Positions 38,825-48,793 of a stretch of 64,000 bases of DNA are shown one piece after another. A program made the translations under genes and the position numbers. The DNA is from Synergistales bacterium (GTDB lineage: Bacteria > Synergistota > Synergistia > Synergistales > JAFGMB01). The DNA lies in NCBI GenBank assembly GCA_963666205.1, contig OY762654.1:1856001-1920000 (forward strand), given 5' to 3'. How positions within the stretch are numbered: the stretch's first letter is position 1; every line of letters begins with the position of its first letter. The notes under the pieces are model-generated. The model had not been told where the DNA came from and ran no database searches. It saw only the letters and a list, made by a program, of their open reading frames with translations.

Positions 38825-40138
38825 ATGAGTAAAAAAGAATTATTGCCAGTATCTGTACTTATTTTAATAAGTGGTGCCATGTTTTCTTCACATTTTGGAG
38901 TGGGAGATCTTATTTTCCCTCCCATCCTTGGAAGGGATACAGGAACAAGCTGGTTCACTGCATCCATGGGATATGCCATCATCAACAGTATAGGAGTATG
39001 GCTGGCCTATCTTGCCTGTGCTCATCAGAACCAGTCCCTGAGCGGTATCGCTACGAAAACCCTGGGAAATGTTTTCGGAAAAATATATACTGCTATACCA
39101 GTTCTTATAACAGTATTCTTCATCCTTCCCCGTGTTGCCTCTGCAACCCATGAGATGGCAGTACTTCCCTTGTTTCCGGGAGTTCCCCTCTGGCTTTCTC
39201 TTGCTGTATTTTTCCTTCTTAGTTTTTATATTGCCTTTACCAGGGCTACAGTAATTGATAAGCTGGGCAAATTACTTGCTCCGGCTCTTATCATCTTTGT
39301 CGTTATCCTTGTCCTGAAGGGTGTCTCGTCACCCCTTTCAGTTCCCAAAAGTCCCGGTTCCGCTACAGCATTGAAAGAAGGGATGCTCAATGCTTACAAC
39401 ACCATGAACGCTATCGCTGCTCTTCTTTTCGGAGGCTGGGTTCTGCACGAACTGAAGATGAGAAATATAACTACAAGAGAGGGACAGGACAGGAACCTTA
39501 ACGTTATAGGTATAGGTACGGCTCTCCTTCTTGGAATAACATCAACTGTACTTGTTTACCTGGGAGCCACTTCCGGATCTTCCTTCCCCGATGCTTCCAT
39601 AGGAGTCCTGTCAACCGAAATTGCGAAGGGGCTGCTTGGCCAGGTAGGTCTTGTCAGTTTCGCAATCATAATGGCTCTCAGCTGTCTGAGTACTTCAGCT
39701 GCTATCACTTCCATGTCAGGGGATATGTTCCAGGAAATGACGGGAGAAAAACTCCAGTACAGAATGATCGTCATCGCAAGTACCCTTATAGGATTTACCC
39801 TTGGCCTTGTCGGTTTGAGCAAGATAGTCAAATATACGGTTCCGTGGCTCGTACTCCTTTATCCTTCGGTGATAGTCCTTATCCTTACAGGACTTTACTA
39901 CAAGTTCGACAGGATCAGAAAGGCAGTTACAGTGGGTATGGTCGTCGCCCTGATCTTCGGTCTTGGAGACATGCTCTGTTTCTATGGTATTACAGGCAAT
40001 ATGATAACGAAGTTTGCATCATCCCTTCCCTTTGGTGACAAGGGAATAGGCTGGGTCCTTCCGACTATTATCTTAATGGCTGCGGCACAGATGATACTCC
40101 GTCCAAAGGCAGAAGAGATAAAGCCTGAGAGTGAGTAA
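38825..40138 (+). CDS. brnQ: Branched-chain amino acid:cation symporter (LIVCS family)
   Basis: FSSHFGVGDLIFPPILG, PRVA, IDKLGKLLAP and YNTMNAIAAL motifs. Confidence 0.85.
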   Translation: MSKKELLPVSVLILISGAMFSSHFGVGDLIFPPILGRDTGTSWFTASMGYAIINSIGVWLAYLACAHQNQSLSGIATKTLGNVFGKIYTAIPVLITVFFILPRVASATHEMAVLPLFPGVPLWLSLAVFFLLSFYIAFTRATVIDKLGKLLAPALIIFVVILVLKGVSSPLSVPKSPGSATALKEGMLNAYNTMNAIAALLFGGWVLHELKMRNITTREGQDRNLNVIGIGTALLLGITSTVLVYLGATSGSSFPDASIGVLSTEIAKGLLGQVGLVSFAIIMALSCLSTSAAITSMSGDMFQEMTGEKLQYRMIVIASTLIGFTLGLVGLSKIVKYTVPWLVLLYPSVIVLILTGLYYKFDRIRKAVTVGMVVALIFGLGDMLCFYGITGNMITKFASSLPFGDKGIGWVLPTIILMAAAQMILRPKAEEIKPESE

Positions 40139-41274
40139 TGATGAAAGAAAAAGTCGGATCCTTTATTAATTCCAATATTCAAAAGGGTTTCTATGCCGGC
40201 GGGCAGGTTCTTGTAGCCCACCGGGGAGAAGTCCTTGCTGATCTTTCCTGCGGTTACATGGTCAAGGGATCAGACAGCACTGTGGAAAGGGTCACTTCGG
40301 ATACTCTTTTCAATATCGAATCAATTACAAAGGTAATGGTCACCCTTCCCCTGGCCTTTAAACTTATCCAGGACGGCAGGCTCTGCCTTGAGAACAGGGT
40401 TGTCGATTTTATTCCTGAATTCGGTCTGGATGAGGAAAAGAAAGGGGTCACCATAAGGGATATGCTCAACTTCACCGCCGGGATTCCCCTTGAAGATCCC
40501 CATGGCTGTGAAAAAGCCGCTTTTGAGGATGATCAGGAACTTGCCTGGAATATGCATTATTCACAGGAATTGGCGACAAGTCCAGGGAACAGGGTCTTTT
40601 ACAGTGATGTTTCCTGCAGGATATTCGGAAAACTTCTCGAGAGGGTAATGGGAAAAGATCTTGCTTCTGTGGCGAGAGAATGGATATTTGAGCCCCTCGG
40701 AATGAAGGATACCATGTTCAATCCTCCTGCAAAGAACAGATGTGCCGCCACCGGCGTTTCCGAAAGGGGACGCCGGTTGAGGGGAGAACTTACCCAGGAT
40801 CTGGAACATTACATGGGAGAAGTGCTCGGATCTGATGGACTATTTACCAGTGCCCGGGATATGTACGTTTTTTCTGAAATGCTGCTTAATGGAGGAGTTT
40901 ATAACGGCAGAAGGATCCTGGGTGAAATAACTGTGGATAAAATGATCGGAGAAGTCTCAAATGCTGATCTCTTCGAGGTTCCCTCTTCTTATCTTCATTA
41001 TATTCTGAGTGGACCCAAGGTCTGGTTCTGGGAATATGCGTGTTCTCCCTATTCTTTCTTCGGAGATCTTGTATCTGAAAGGGCCATCGGGAAAATGGGT
41101 GGAGCAGGTACTTTCCTGCTTATTGACCCGGAATACGACCTGGTGATAGTCTACCTGACCAATTACGGTCAGCCTGAGCATACCCTTGCTGGTGATGATG
41201 CCTGGAACAAGTTCCAGAAGGAGATAAACATGATGGGCCTCTGTAATCTGGTTATAGGAAACCTTCCAGGCTGA
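40138..41274 (+). CDS. Beta-lactamase-family serine hydrolase
   Basis: SxxK (ESITK), YSD and GLFTSARD motifs; TAATG overlap with brnQ. Confidence 0.88.
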   Translation: MMKEKVGSFINSNIQKGFYAGGQVLVAHRGEVLADLSCGYMVKGSDSTVERVTSDTLFNIESITKVMVTLPLAFKLIQDGRLCLENRVVDFIPEFGLDEEKKGVTIRDMLNFTAGIPLEDPHGCEKAAFEDDQELAWNMHYSQELATSPGNRVFYSDVSCRIFGKLLERVMGKDLASVAREWIFEPLGMKDTMFNPPAKNRCAATGVSERGRRLRGELTQDLEHYMGEVLGSDGLFTSARDMYVFSEMLLNGGVYNGRRILGEITVDKMIGEVSNADLFEVPSSYLHYILSGPKVWFWEYACSPYSFFGDLVSERAIGKMGGAGTFLLIDPEYDLVIVYLTNYGQPEHTLAGDDAWNKFQKEINMMGLCNLVIGNLPG

Positions 41275-41303
41275 TATACAGAACCATAATTCAGCAGATA
41301 AGG

Positions 41304-41346
41304 ATGGTAAGAGGGGCGGATCTTATGGATCCGCCCCTCTTACCAT
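41304..41346. terminator. 19-bp perfect inverted repeat
   Basis: atggtaagaggggcggatc / gatccgcccctcttaccat. Confidence 0.7.
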
Positions 41347-41495
41347 AGAGCATAGGGTTATGTTCTGAATTGACAGTTTACCCAGGTTAGTGTATCTCAA
41401 AAGCATCAAGGCTATCTTTGTAATATACTGAAGTGGAGTTGAAAATTGAAGAACCTGTAATTTTATCTCAGGTTCTTCCGGGGGGAGAAATCGAG

Positions 41496-42734
41496 ATGAC
41501 TTCTGTGGTAGAGCGTTTTCTGAAATATGTTTCCTTTGATACCCAGTCCATTGAAAATGCGGGTGTGGTCCCGAGTTCACCAGGGCAGATGGACCTTGCC
41601 AGGGAAGTAGTCCTGGAGATGGAAAAGCTCGAAATGACGGATGTTTCAATTGATGAAAATGCCTATGTCATGGGAACCCTTCCCGGGAATATGGAAGGGG
41701 AGGATGTCCCTTCCATAGGTTTTATCGCCCATTTCGATACGGCCAGGGAGGTATCAGGATTCAATGTCCGGCCAAGGATAGTCAGGAATTACGATGGCGG
41801 AGATATCCTTCTTAACAGGGAAGAAAAGATCGTGCTGTCACCCCGTGATTTTCCGGAACTCACGGATTATAAAGGCCAGGATATCATTGTAACTGATGGT
41901 ACCACCCTTCTTGGTGCGGACGATAAAGCTGGCATGGCGATCATTATGGCGGCTGTTCAGTTTCTGAATGAACATCCGGAAATTAGTCATGGTCCCATGA
42001 AAGTCTGTTTTACTCCTGATGAGGAGATCGGTCACCAGGCAAGACTCCTGGATATCGGAAAATTCGGTGCTGATTTTGCCTATACCGTGGATGGAGGAGC
42101 ACTGGGGGATCTGAACTATATGACCTTCAATGCTGCAAAGGCTGATATCCTGATCCATGGGCGAAACGTGCACCCCGGAAAAGCAAAGGGTAAGATGATC
42201 AATTCTGTTCTTGTGGGAATGGAGTTCATGTCCATGCTTCCTCCGGATGAGATCCCTGCAATGACAGAGGACTTTGAAGGTTTTTATCATATTCTGTCCT
42301 TTAAGGGAGATGTAGAGAAAACAGAGCTGAATTACATTATCCGTGATCATGACATGAATAAATTCAAGGCAAAAAAGGTAAGAGTGGAAGAGATTTCAGC
42401 ATTCCTTAAGGCGAAATATGGAGATAATGTCATTGAGCTTAACATGGAGGATCAGTACTACAATATGTCAGAACATCTTAAGGACTCAATGCATATAGTG
42501 GAAACAGCCGAAAAAGCCATGATATCCATCGGGGTGGAACCCGGGATGGAGCCGGTTCGCGGAGGGACTGATGGCGCAAGTCTTTCTGCAAGGGGTCTCA
42601 TTACTCCCAATATCTTCACGGGGGGCCACAATTTTCATGGCCGCTTTGAGTATATTCCCATACCTTCCATGGAAAAGGGTGTCGAGCTGTTGGTGAAGAT
42701 CCTGGAGTTGTATGGAGAGAAGAAAAAGGATTAA
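41496..42734 (+). CDS. pepT: Peptidase T
   Basis: ERFLKYVSFDTQS, LLGADDKAG, FTPDEEIG, RGGTDG and HNFHG motifs. Confidence 0.97.
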   Translation: MTSVVERFLKYVSFDTQSIENAGVVPSSPGQMDLAREVVLEMEKLEMTDVSIDENAYVMGTLPGNMEGEDVPSIGFIAHFDTAREVSGFNVRPRIVRNYDGGDILLNREEKIVLSPRDFPELTDYKGQDIIVTDGTTLLGADDKAGMAIIMAAVQFLNEHPEISHGPMKVCFTPDEEIGHQARLLDIGKFGADFAYTVDGGALGDLNYMTFNAAKADILIHGRNVHPGKAKGKMINSVLVGMEFMSMLPPDEIPAMTEDFEGFYHILSFKGDVEKTELNYIIRDHDMNKFKAKKVRVEEISAFLKAKYGDNVIELNMEDQYYNMSEHLKDSMHIVETAEKAMISIGVEPGMEPVRGGTDGASLSARGLITPNIFTGGHNFHGRFEYIPIPSMEKGVELLVKILELYGEKKKD

Positions 42735-42799
42735 GCCATGGTACTGAATATCTGATCAGAGCTTTGTAAAATGATCTTTGAGGGATCTTTCGAACTCTA

Positions 42800-42838
42800 A
42801 TAATTAAAGGAGAGGGATTTTCCCTCTCCTTTAATTAT
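42800..42838. terminator. Bidirectional terminator (18-bp perfect arms)
   Basis: ataattaaaggagaggga / tccctctcctttaattat. Confidence 0.8.
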
Positions 42839-42878
42839 CTTTTCCTGTGATATTTCTGTATATCTGTGCCGCTTATCG

Positions 42879-44096
42879 CTAAGATAAGGAGGTATAGTCC
42901 TGTATTATCCAGGAGTAAAGCAGGGAACATTTCAGCACTTCTGCAAGGTCCACATATTCATCTGCTGTATGAGCCTGTTCAAGGTTTCCAGGTCCCAGAA
43001 TTACACAGGGGATCCCGGCGAGAGGTCCGAGTTTGCTTGCATCGGAGCTGCATGTAAGAATTCCCGGTTCAGCTTTTTTCCCGGAGAGCCTTCCACATGC
43101 CTCCAGGGCAGCCCTTACTACTGGTTCATCAAGATCGGAGCAGACCGGCAGGTCGATCAGGGACGGGTCACTTCTCCTGTAAGTGAAATTATCATTATTG
43201 CTGGCAAGTCTCTCCAGCATCAGATCTGCCTCGTTCAGAATTTCCTCAGGGTCCTCTCCAGGCACGGTTCGTCTATCTATGTCTATTACACAATGATCTG
43301 GTACCACGTTGTTCTGTGTTCCTCCCCTGATGGTTCCAACATTGAGTGTTGGGGCTCCTACCAGAGGGTGGGCCCGTAGTGGAAGCTCGTTTTCAATATT
43401 CGCCAATTCTGACAGAACAAGGTTCATATTCATTATTGCGTTTATCCCCAGATTTGCAGTGGAACTATGGCAGGCTTTGCCAAAGGTTTCTATCTGCCAT
43501 CGTACCAGTCCCTTATGGCCTATACAGGGGACAAGCTTTGTAGGTTCACCCACTATCGCTGCGTCAGCCCTTATGCCTGAATCAATAAAAGCCATAGCTC
43601 CTGTAGCTCCAACCTCTTCATCAACAACTGCGCAGAGGATGGGCAGTACGGAAAGGTTTTCTGGAGATATTCCCTTAAGATTTTCAAAGGCAAGGAGAAG
43701 AGATGCAAGGGAGCCCTTGGTATCACAAGAACCTCTGCCATAAAGGCGATCTCCTTCCCACAGGGGATCCCGGTATTGTTCCTCCATTGATGAGCGGGCT
43801 ACTGTATCCAGATGGATCTCAAATAACAGCACCGGTTTCGTTGAGATGGATCCTTTTTCGAGAATATGGCCGCAACCTGGAAGTGTGGCGAGAATGTTAT
43901 TTCGCCCGGGATGGACCTCCTGTTCCTTAACCTCGAAATTCAGGTGTCTCAGAAATGAAACCACATATTCGGCCATTTCCCTTTCCCCGGGGCAATCTTC
44001 TCCGAGGAAAGAATTGGAACTGTCTATGGAGACCATCTCATAAAGGATCTGTCTGGCTCGTTCTCTATTAATGCTCGAAATATTGATTTTTTCCAG
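42879..44096 (-). CDS. ArgE/DapE-family M20 deacylase (probable CTG start)
   Basis: HLDTV, GRGSCDTKG, DEE, GEPT and AHTADE motifs; frame open to CTG 44096 after an RBS. Confidence 0.88.
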   Translation of the reverse strand: MEKINISSINRERARQILYEMVSIDSSNSFLGEDCPGEREMAEYVVSFLRHLNFEVKEQEVHPGRNNILATLPGCGHILEKGSISTKPVLLFEIHLDTVARSSMEEQYRDPLWEGDRLYGRGSCDTKGSLASLLLAFENLKGISPENLSVLPILCAVVDEEVGATGAMAFIDSGIRADAAIVGEPTKLVPCIGHKGLVRWQIETFGKACHSSTANLGINAIMNMNLVLSELANIENELPLRAHPLVGAPTLNVGTIRGGTQNNVVPDHCVIDIDRRTVPGEDPEEILNEADLMLERLASNNDNFTYRRSDPSLIDLPVCSDLDEPVVRAALEACGRLSGKKAEPGILTCSSDASKLGPLAGIPCVILGPGNLEQAHTADEYVDLAEVLKCSLLYSWIIQDYTSLS

Positions 44097-44179
44097 GGCT
44101 GATCACTTCCTTCATTTTTCCACAGGAACAGGATTCATGCCGGCGGATATTTCTTTTTTTCAACCATGACCACTGTGGT

Positions 44180-45157
44180 TTATTGATGGAATTTCTGAAG
44201 TATTTTCAGAAGTTTACCATCATCTACGTTTCCTCCGGAGATAACAACTCCGACTTTGCGTCCCTTAACATCAACTTTGCCTGACAGCAGTGCTGCTACA
44301 GAAGTGGCTGATCCGCCCTCGATAACCTGGTGATGGTGCTGATGGGTAAAAGCCATAGCTTCTTCCATTTCATCTTCTGAGACAGCCACTATTCCTGTCA
44401 GACGGTTTTTCAGGAATTCAAAGAGAGGCTGAGAGGCACCTCCACAGAGAGCATCTGCAATAGTTTCCTCTTCTTCTACCGGAACGACTTTCCCTTGTTT
44501 AAAGGCTTCGGGCCAGGCTGGATTAGCGGAGGCATGGATTCCCCAGACCTCGATACCTGGTTTAAGTGACTGGGCAGCCAGGCTGACGCCGGAGATGAGT
44601 CCGCCGCCGCTTATGGGGCAGAGAATGATATCCAGTTCCGGTTCATCCATGAGCATTTCGAGAGCCAGGGTTCCCTGTCCGGCTGCTATCTTCTGATCTT
44701 CAAAGGCTGAAACGTAAGTAAGTTTTTCTTCATCGCGAAGACGGAAGGATTCGATCTCTGCATCGTCATAGAAATGACCGACGACTCTCAAGTCGACATA
44801 ATCGCCACCCAGATTTCGTATGGCCTGTCTCTTCGTTTCCGGACACATACCCGGAACGCAGATAATTGCCCTCGTTTTGAGCATTTTTGCAGCCATGGCG
44901 ACTCCCTGGGCATGGTTTCCTGAAGATGCGGTTACAACCCCAAGGGCTTTTTCCTCTTCAGAAAGCGAGAACATCTTGTTTAATGCCCCCCGGATCTTGA
45001 AAGATCTGCAGATCTGTTGATTTTCCCACTTAACGTAAACCTCAGCGCCGCTTTTTTCGCTGAAAGGGAAAGAATATTCCGTAGGTGTCCTGTGAATACG
45101 TCCCTTGAGAAAACGGGCAGCTAATAAAACATCAGTAATGGTCGGTTCTATTTTCAT
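44180..45157 (-). CDS. Threonine/serine dehydratase-family PLP enzyme
   Basis: ENQQICRSFKIRGA, SSGNHAQG and GGGLISG motifs. Confidence 0.92.
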   Translation of the reverse strand: MKIEPTITDVLLAARFLKGRIHRTPTEYSFPFSEKSGAEVYVKWENQQICRSFKIRGALNKMFSLSEEEKALGVVTASSGNHAQGVAMAAKMLKTRAIICVPGMCPETKRQAIRNLGGDYVDLRVVGHFYDDAEIESFRLRDEEKLTYVSAFEDQKIAAGQGTLALEMLMDEPELDIILCPISGGGLISGVSLAAQSLKPGIEVWGIHASANPAWPEAFKQGKVVPVEEEETIADALCGGASQPLFEFLKNRLTGIVAVSEDEMEEAMAFTHQHHHQVIEGGSATSVAALLSGKVDVKGRKVGVVISGGNVDDGKLLKILQKFHQ

Positions 45158-45279
45158 GATCATAAACTCCTTTCTCATAGTTCCACGGTTTCTCTTCATC
45201 AGATTTAGAAAAGGTATCCGGGAGTATTTCAAATGCTTTCTTTGACTCTCTATTTTTTTTTAAGGTCAGGCATCTATCC

Positions 45280-46266
45280 CTACATCTGAATTACTGTTCC
45301 AAGACCTTTTTCTGTAGCCATACGAAGTGCCAGTTCAGCAGTAATGATGTCCTGAAGGGCCATACCGGTGGCATCGAAAAGGGTTATGTCTTCTTCTGAT
45401 CGACGGCCTTGACTTTCTCCGGCAAGGACCTTCCCGATTTCTGTGACACTTTCTTCTCTTATAAGACCCTGTTCAAAAGCATGATGGGATTCTCCATGGT
45501 GAAGGGTCTGGGTTTTAGAGTCAACAAAAAGCGTGGCAGATGCAACCAGGGACGGTTCAACCTCCTGTTTTAATGTCATATCTGCACCGATTGCATTAAT
45601 GTGCGTACCTGGCCTGATCCACTCTTTTTTGAGAAATCCTTCCCTTGAAGGAGTGCATGTAACTATGATATCTGAAATGGATGCAGGTTCTCCAATTTTT
45701 TCCCATGGCACGGATCTTATGGATAGATCGGGAAATCTGACAGACATTTCCTCCACGTAAATTCTGTCCATTTCCGGGTCCATGCTTGCCGCTGTTACTG
45801 ATTTAAGTTCGGGAAGTACTGTTATAAGACCTTCCAGCTGTGCCCGCCCTTGTGCTCCGGTACCAAGGATCAGAGCCTTTTTTGAATTTCTTCGGGCAAG
45901 CCATTTGGCTCCTACAGCTCCGGCTGCACCGGTCCGGAGATTGGTAATGGTCATACCGTCAACAAGCCCCAGAGGCTGTCCGGTTTCGATGCTCATGACC
46001 ATTACGAGGCCGGATAGGGCTGGAGCGTTCAGTTTCCTGGGGTTATCGGCAGCATAGCCTACGATCTTCAAACCGAAAAGGCCAGCACCTTCAAGGTATC
46101 CCGATTTGATGTCCATGTCCCTGATACCAGGTTCGAATTCGTGGAAAATAACAGGCCAGAGGCCTGCTTTATCTGATGAGTAAAGGTTGTAGGCTTTTTC
46201 TACACACTCCACAACTTCGGTCATTGGAAGAAGACCTTCCAGAGCCTTGCAGTTGAGAACTCTCAT
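45280..46266 (-). CDS. Ornithine cyclodeaminase / mu-crystallin family protein
   Basis: TNLRTGAAG, GTGAQG, HINAIGAD and FDATGMALQD motifs. Confidence 0.92.
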   Translation of the reverse strand: MRVLNCKALEGLLPMTEVVECVEKAYNLYSSDKAGLWPVIFHEFEPGIRDMDIKSGYLEGAGLFGLKIVGYAADNPRKLNAPALSGLVMVMSIETGQPLGLVDGMTITNLRTGAAGAVGAKWLARRNSKKALILGTGAQGRAQLEGLITVLPELKSVTAASMDPEMDRIYVEEMSVRFPDLSIRSVPWEKIGEPASISDIIVTCTPSREGFLKKEWIRPGTHINAIGADMTLKQEVEPSLVASATLFVDSKTQTLHHGESHHAFEQGLIREESVTEIGKVLAGESQGRRSEEDITLFDATGMALQDIITAELALRMATEKGLGTVIQM

Positions 46267-46507
46267 ATTGTACAAGAACGACACCTCCCTGATCTCGATA
46301 ATGCTCTTCAATGTAGCCTTTGCTCTCCCTTCTGTCAACGATAAGGGGATTGTTAAAAGTACATATCCGATCTGTGATCAGGAAAAGCAGGCAGGAATAA
46401 TTTTGATAAAGATCTATCCTGATATATTCATGAAAATAGCATGTCCGAAAACCGCCAGTCTTTTTGGACGAAATAGGATATAGTTCTCTCCATGGAGATG
46501 ATAGCCT

Positions 46508-46543
46508 ATGAAACTTGATCAGGATGTCTGCGAAAGAGCTTAA
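46508..46543 (+). pseudogene. N-terminal 11-codon remnant of an Ada/AlkA-N gene (MKLDQDVCERA)
   Basis: GGAG RBS; resembles Ada N-termini of the form MxLDxDxCxRA..RD. Confidence 0.55.
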
Positions 46544-46853
46544 TGGATATTTTGCAGGAGAATTAAGGACCTTTGATCTCACTCTCGCTCCTGCAGGTAC
46601 CGAATTTCAGAAAAGGGTATGGAAGGCCCTGCTCCATATCCCGTATGGAGAAACTGCATCTTACAGGGATATTGCCTGTTCAATAGGGAATCCATTGGCC
46701 AGTCGTGCTGTTGGGATGGCCAATTCCCGTAATCCCATTCAAATAATAATTCCATGTCACAGGGTAATAGGTTCCAAAGGAACGCTGACAGGCTATGCCC
46801 ATGGTCTTGAAATAAAATCCCGACTCCTCGATCTCGAGAGGAGATCAGTATAA
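46515..46853 (+). pseudogene. ogt: 5'-truncated methylated-DNA-protein-cysteine methyltransferase
   Basis: GTEFQKRVW, IPYGETASY, RAVG and PCHRV motifs; N-terminal domain missing. Confidence 0.8.
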
Positions 46854-46987
46854 CAGTTAAGAAAGCCAGGTTTTTGAAGGCTGATAAATAATAAACTTCA
46901 GTATTGTAGTATTATTAATGTCAGGAATTATTGAAATATCTACAGGTACCCATCACGTTGTTTCCATTTCTATGACTGGAGAGCAAT

Positions 46988-48793
46988 ATGATCCCTAGAA
47001 CCCGTAGTATCAAGACGAAATTCATTATTTCCATTTTCATTACTGTCCTCCTTTTTCTGGGTGTACTCCTTGCTTTGAGTTATAACACTCTCAAGGAGGG
47101 TGCCCTTAAGAATGCCCATGATCTCTCCATTGCGATCCTGACCCAGACAGATAAACGGATCAATTCGTTTTTTTCGGAAATAGAAAAACTTGCCATGACA
47201 ATGGCGGGTTACCCCCAGTTCTATGAGGTTCGCCCAGCGGAAATGAAGCCCATAATACTTTCTGCAGTCATTACCAGGAGAGATTACCTCAGGGCCATAT
47301 ACCTGGGCACTGTTACAGGGAAGATGTATGAATGGGGAATAGGAGAGGGTTTTGTAGAGAATTCCCCCATCCTTGAGCCTGACTATGACCCCAGGAAAAG
47401 GCCATGGTTCCGTGAGGCTATTGATAAAGGCGGTTTCTCAATTTCTGAGCCCTACATGTATGCAAGTGTCAAAGCCCTGGGGATTACCGCAGTTACTCCC
47501 GTTTATGACAGAAGAGCATCTCTTGTGGGTGTTCTGGGTATCGATATGATGCTCGATGATCTCAAGAGTATGATCGAGCAGCTCGAAATTCCAAAGGAGG
47601 GCAGGATAGTCCTTCTTGATAAAAGTGGCGAAGTAATAGTGAACCAGTTCAATGGAAAGATCAATAACGAAGGGGATATGGATCTGAAAAAATTCAGTCT
47701 CTTCAGCGTAGAGGATCTGGAGTTCTGTGACAATGGACGCATGGTGACACCACTGGGGTTTAAGGACAGGTACTACATTACCTGTACAGAGAACGGAATG
47801 ACGGGGTGGAAGCTTATCCTGGCCCTTCCATATTATTCAGTTATGGCTCATGCTGTAAGCAGTATAGAATTCATTATTTTCCTGGATATTCTGTTGATGC
47901 TGATGCTAATAGTCGTTCTCAGTTATCTCAGCAATGTCATGATAATAAATCCCATGGAAGGGATCATGGGAGTGATGCGCCGTCTTCGAGACGGAGAAGA
48001 TGATGCCCGTATTCCCGAAAAGAAAAAGGATGAGTTCGGAGTCCTTGCACAGCAGTTCAACCGTCTCATCGAGACGGTGAACGACTACTCCAGAAGCCTT
48101 GAAGAAAAGGTGGAGAAACGCACAAGAGCCCTCGAAGATCTGCAGAAGGAAAATATCCGCCTTAGGGTAATAGAGGAAAAGGAACGCATATACGGCTATC
48201 TTCACGATTCACTGGGAGCACGTCTGACAAATATCTTTATTTCCAACAGTGTTGCCCAGTCAGCGGTGGGAAATAACCCAAGAGTTCTCAAGGACATGCT
48301 TGACCGTATAGCGAACAATACGGAGCAGGGTATTGCAGATCTTAAAGAGATACTTCACAGTTCTGAGAGCGATAGTCGGAGATTCATCGACTTCAACAAA
48401 CTCATCCAGGTCAATATAAGAAAAAGACTGGAGCTGAAGCACATCAGTCTTTCCTATACCATGACAACTCCTTCTGAACTGAATGCACTGAGTCGGGAAA
48501 TGCGCTTTGAGCTTGAGAAGATCCTTCAGGAACTGGTGAGCAATATTCTGAAACATTCGGGAGCCTCCAAGGTTGACCTTATTCTTGAGATCCGTAATGA
48601 AAAGATATTCCTGGTAATATCAGATGATGGTCATGGCGGGGCTGAAAATGGAATGGAAAGGGGTGGATTCGGTCTGAAGAACATACAGAACAGAGTAGTC
48701 CACCTGGGTGGTACTTTCCACCTTCATTCACCCCATGACAAGGGAACCCGAATCAAGATATACATCCCGCTGTCCACAATGGGAGGCTGCTGA
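46988..48793 (+). CDS. Sensor histidine kinase (Cache + HAMP + NarX-type HisKA_3/HATPase)
   Basis: YDPRKRPWF, DEFGVL, LHDSLG, QELVSNILKHS, DDGHG and GFGLKNI motifs. Confidence 0.93.
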   Translation: MIPRTRSIKTKFIISIFITVLLFLGVLLALSYNTLKEGALKNAHDLSIAILTQTDKRINSFFSEIEKLAMTMAGYPQFYEVRPAEMKPIILSAVITRRDYLRAIYLGTVTGKMYEWGIGEGFVENSPILEPDYDPRKRPWFREAIDKGGFSISEPYMYASVKALGITAVTPVYDRRASLVGVLGIDMMLDDLKSMIEQLEIPKEGRIVLLDKSGEVIVNQFNGKINNEGDMDLKKFSLFSVEDLEFCDNGRMVTPLGFKDRYYITCTENGMTGWKLILALPYYSVMAHAVSSIEFIIFLDILLMLMLIVVLSYLSNVMIINPMEGIMGVMRRLRDGEDDARIPEKKKDEFGVLAQQFNRLIETVNDYSRSLEEKVEKRTRALEDLQKENIRLRVIEEKERIYGYLHDSLGARLTNIFISNSVAQSAVGNNPRVLKDMLDRIANNTEQGIADLKEILHSSESDSRRFIDFNKLIQVNIRKRLELKHISLSYTMTTPSELNALSREMRFELEKILQELVSNILKHSGASKVDLILEIRNEKIFLVISDDGHGGAENGMERGGFGLKNIQNRVVHLGGTFHLHSPHDKGTRIKIYIPLSTMGGC

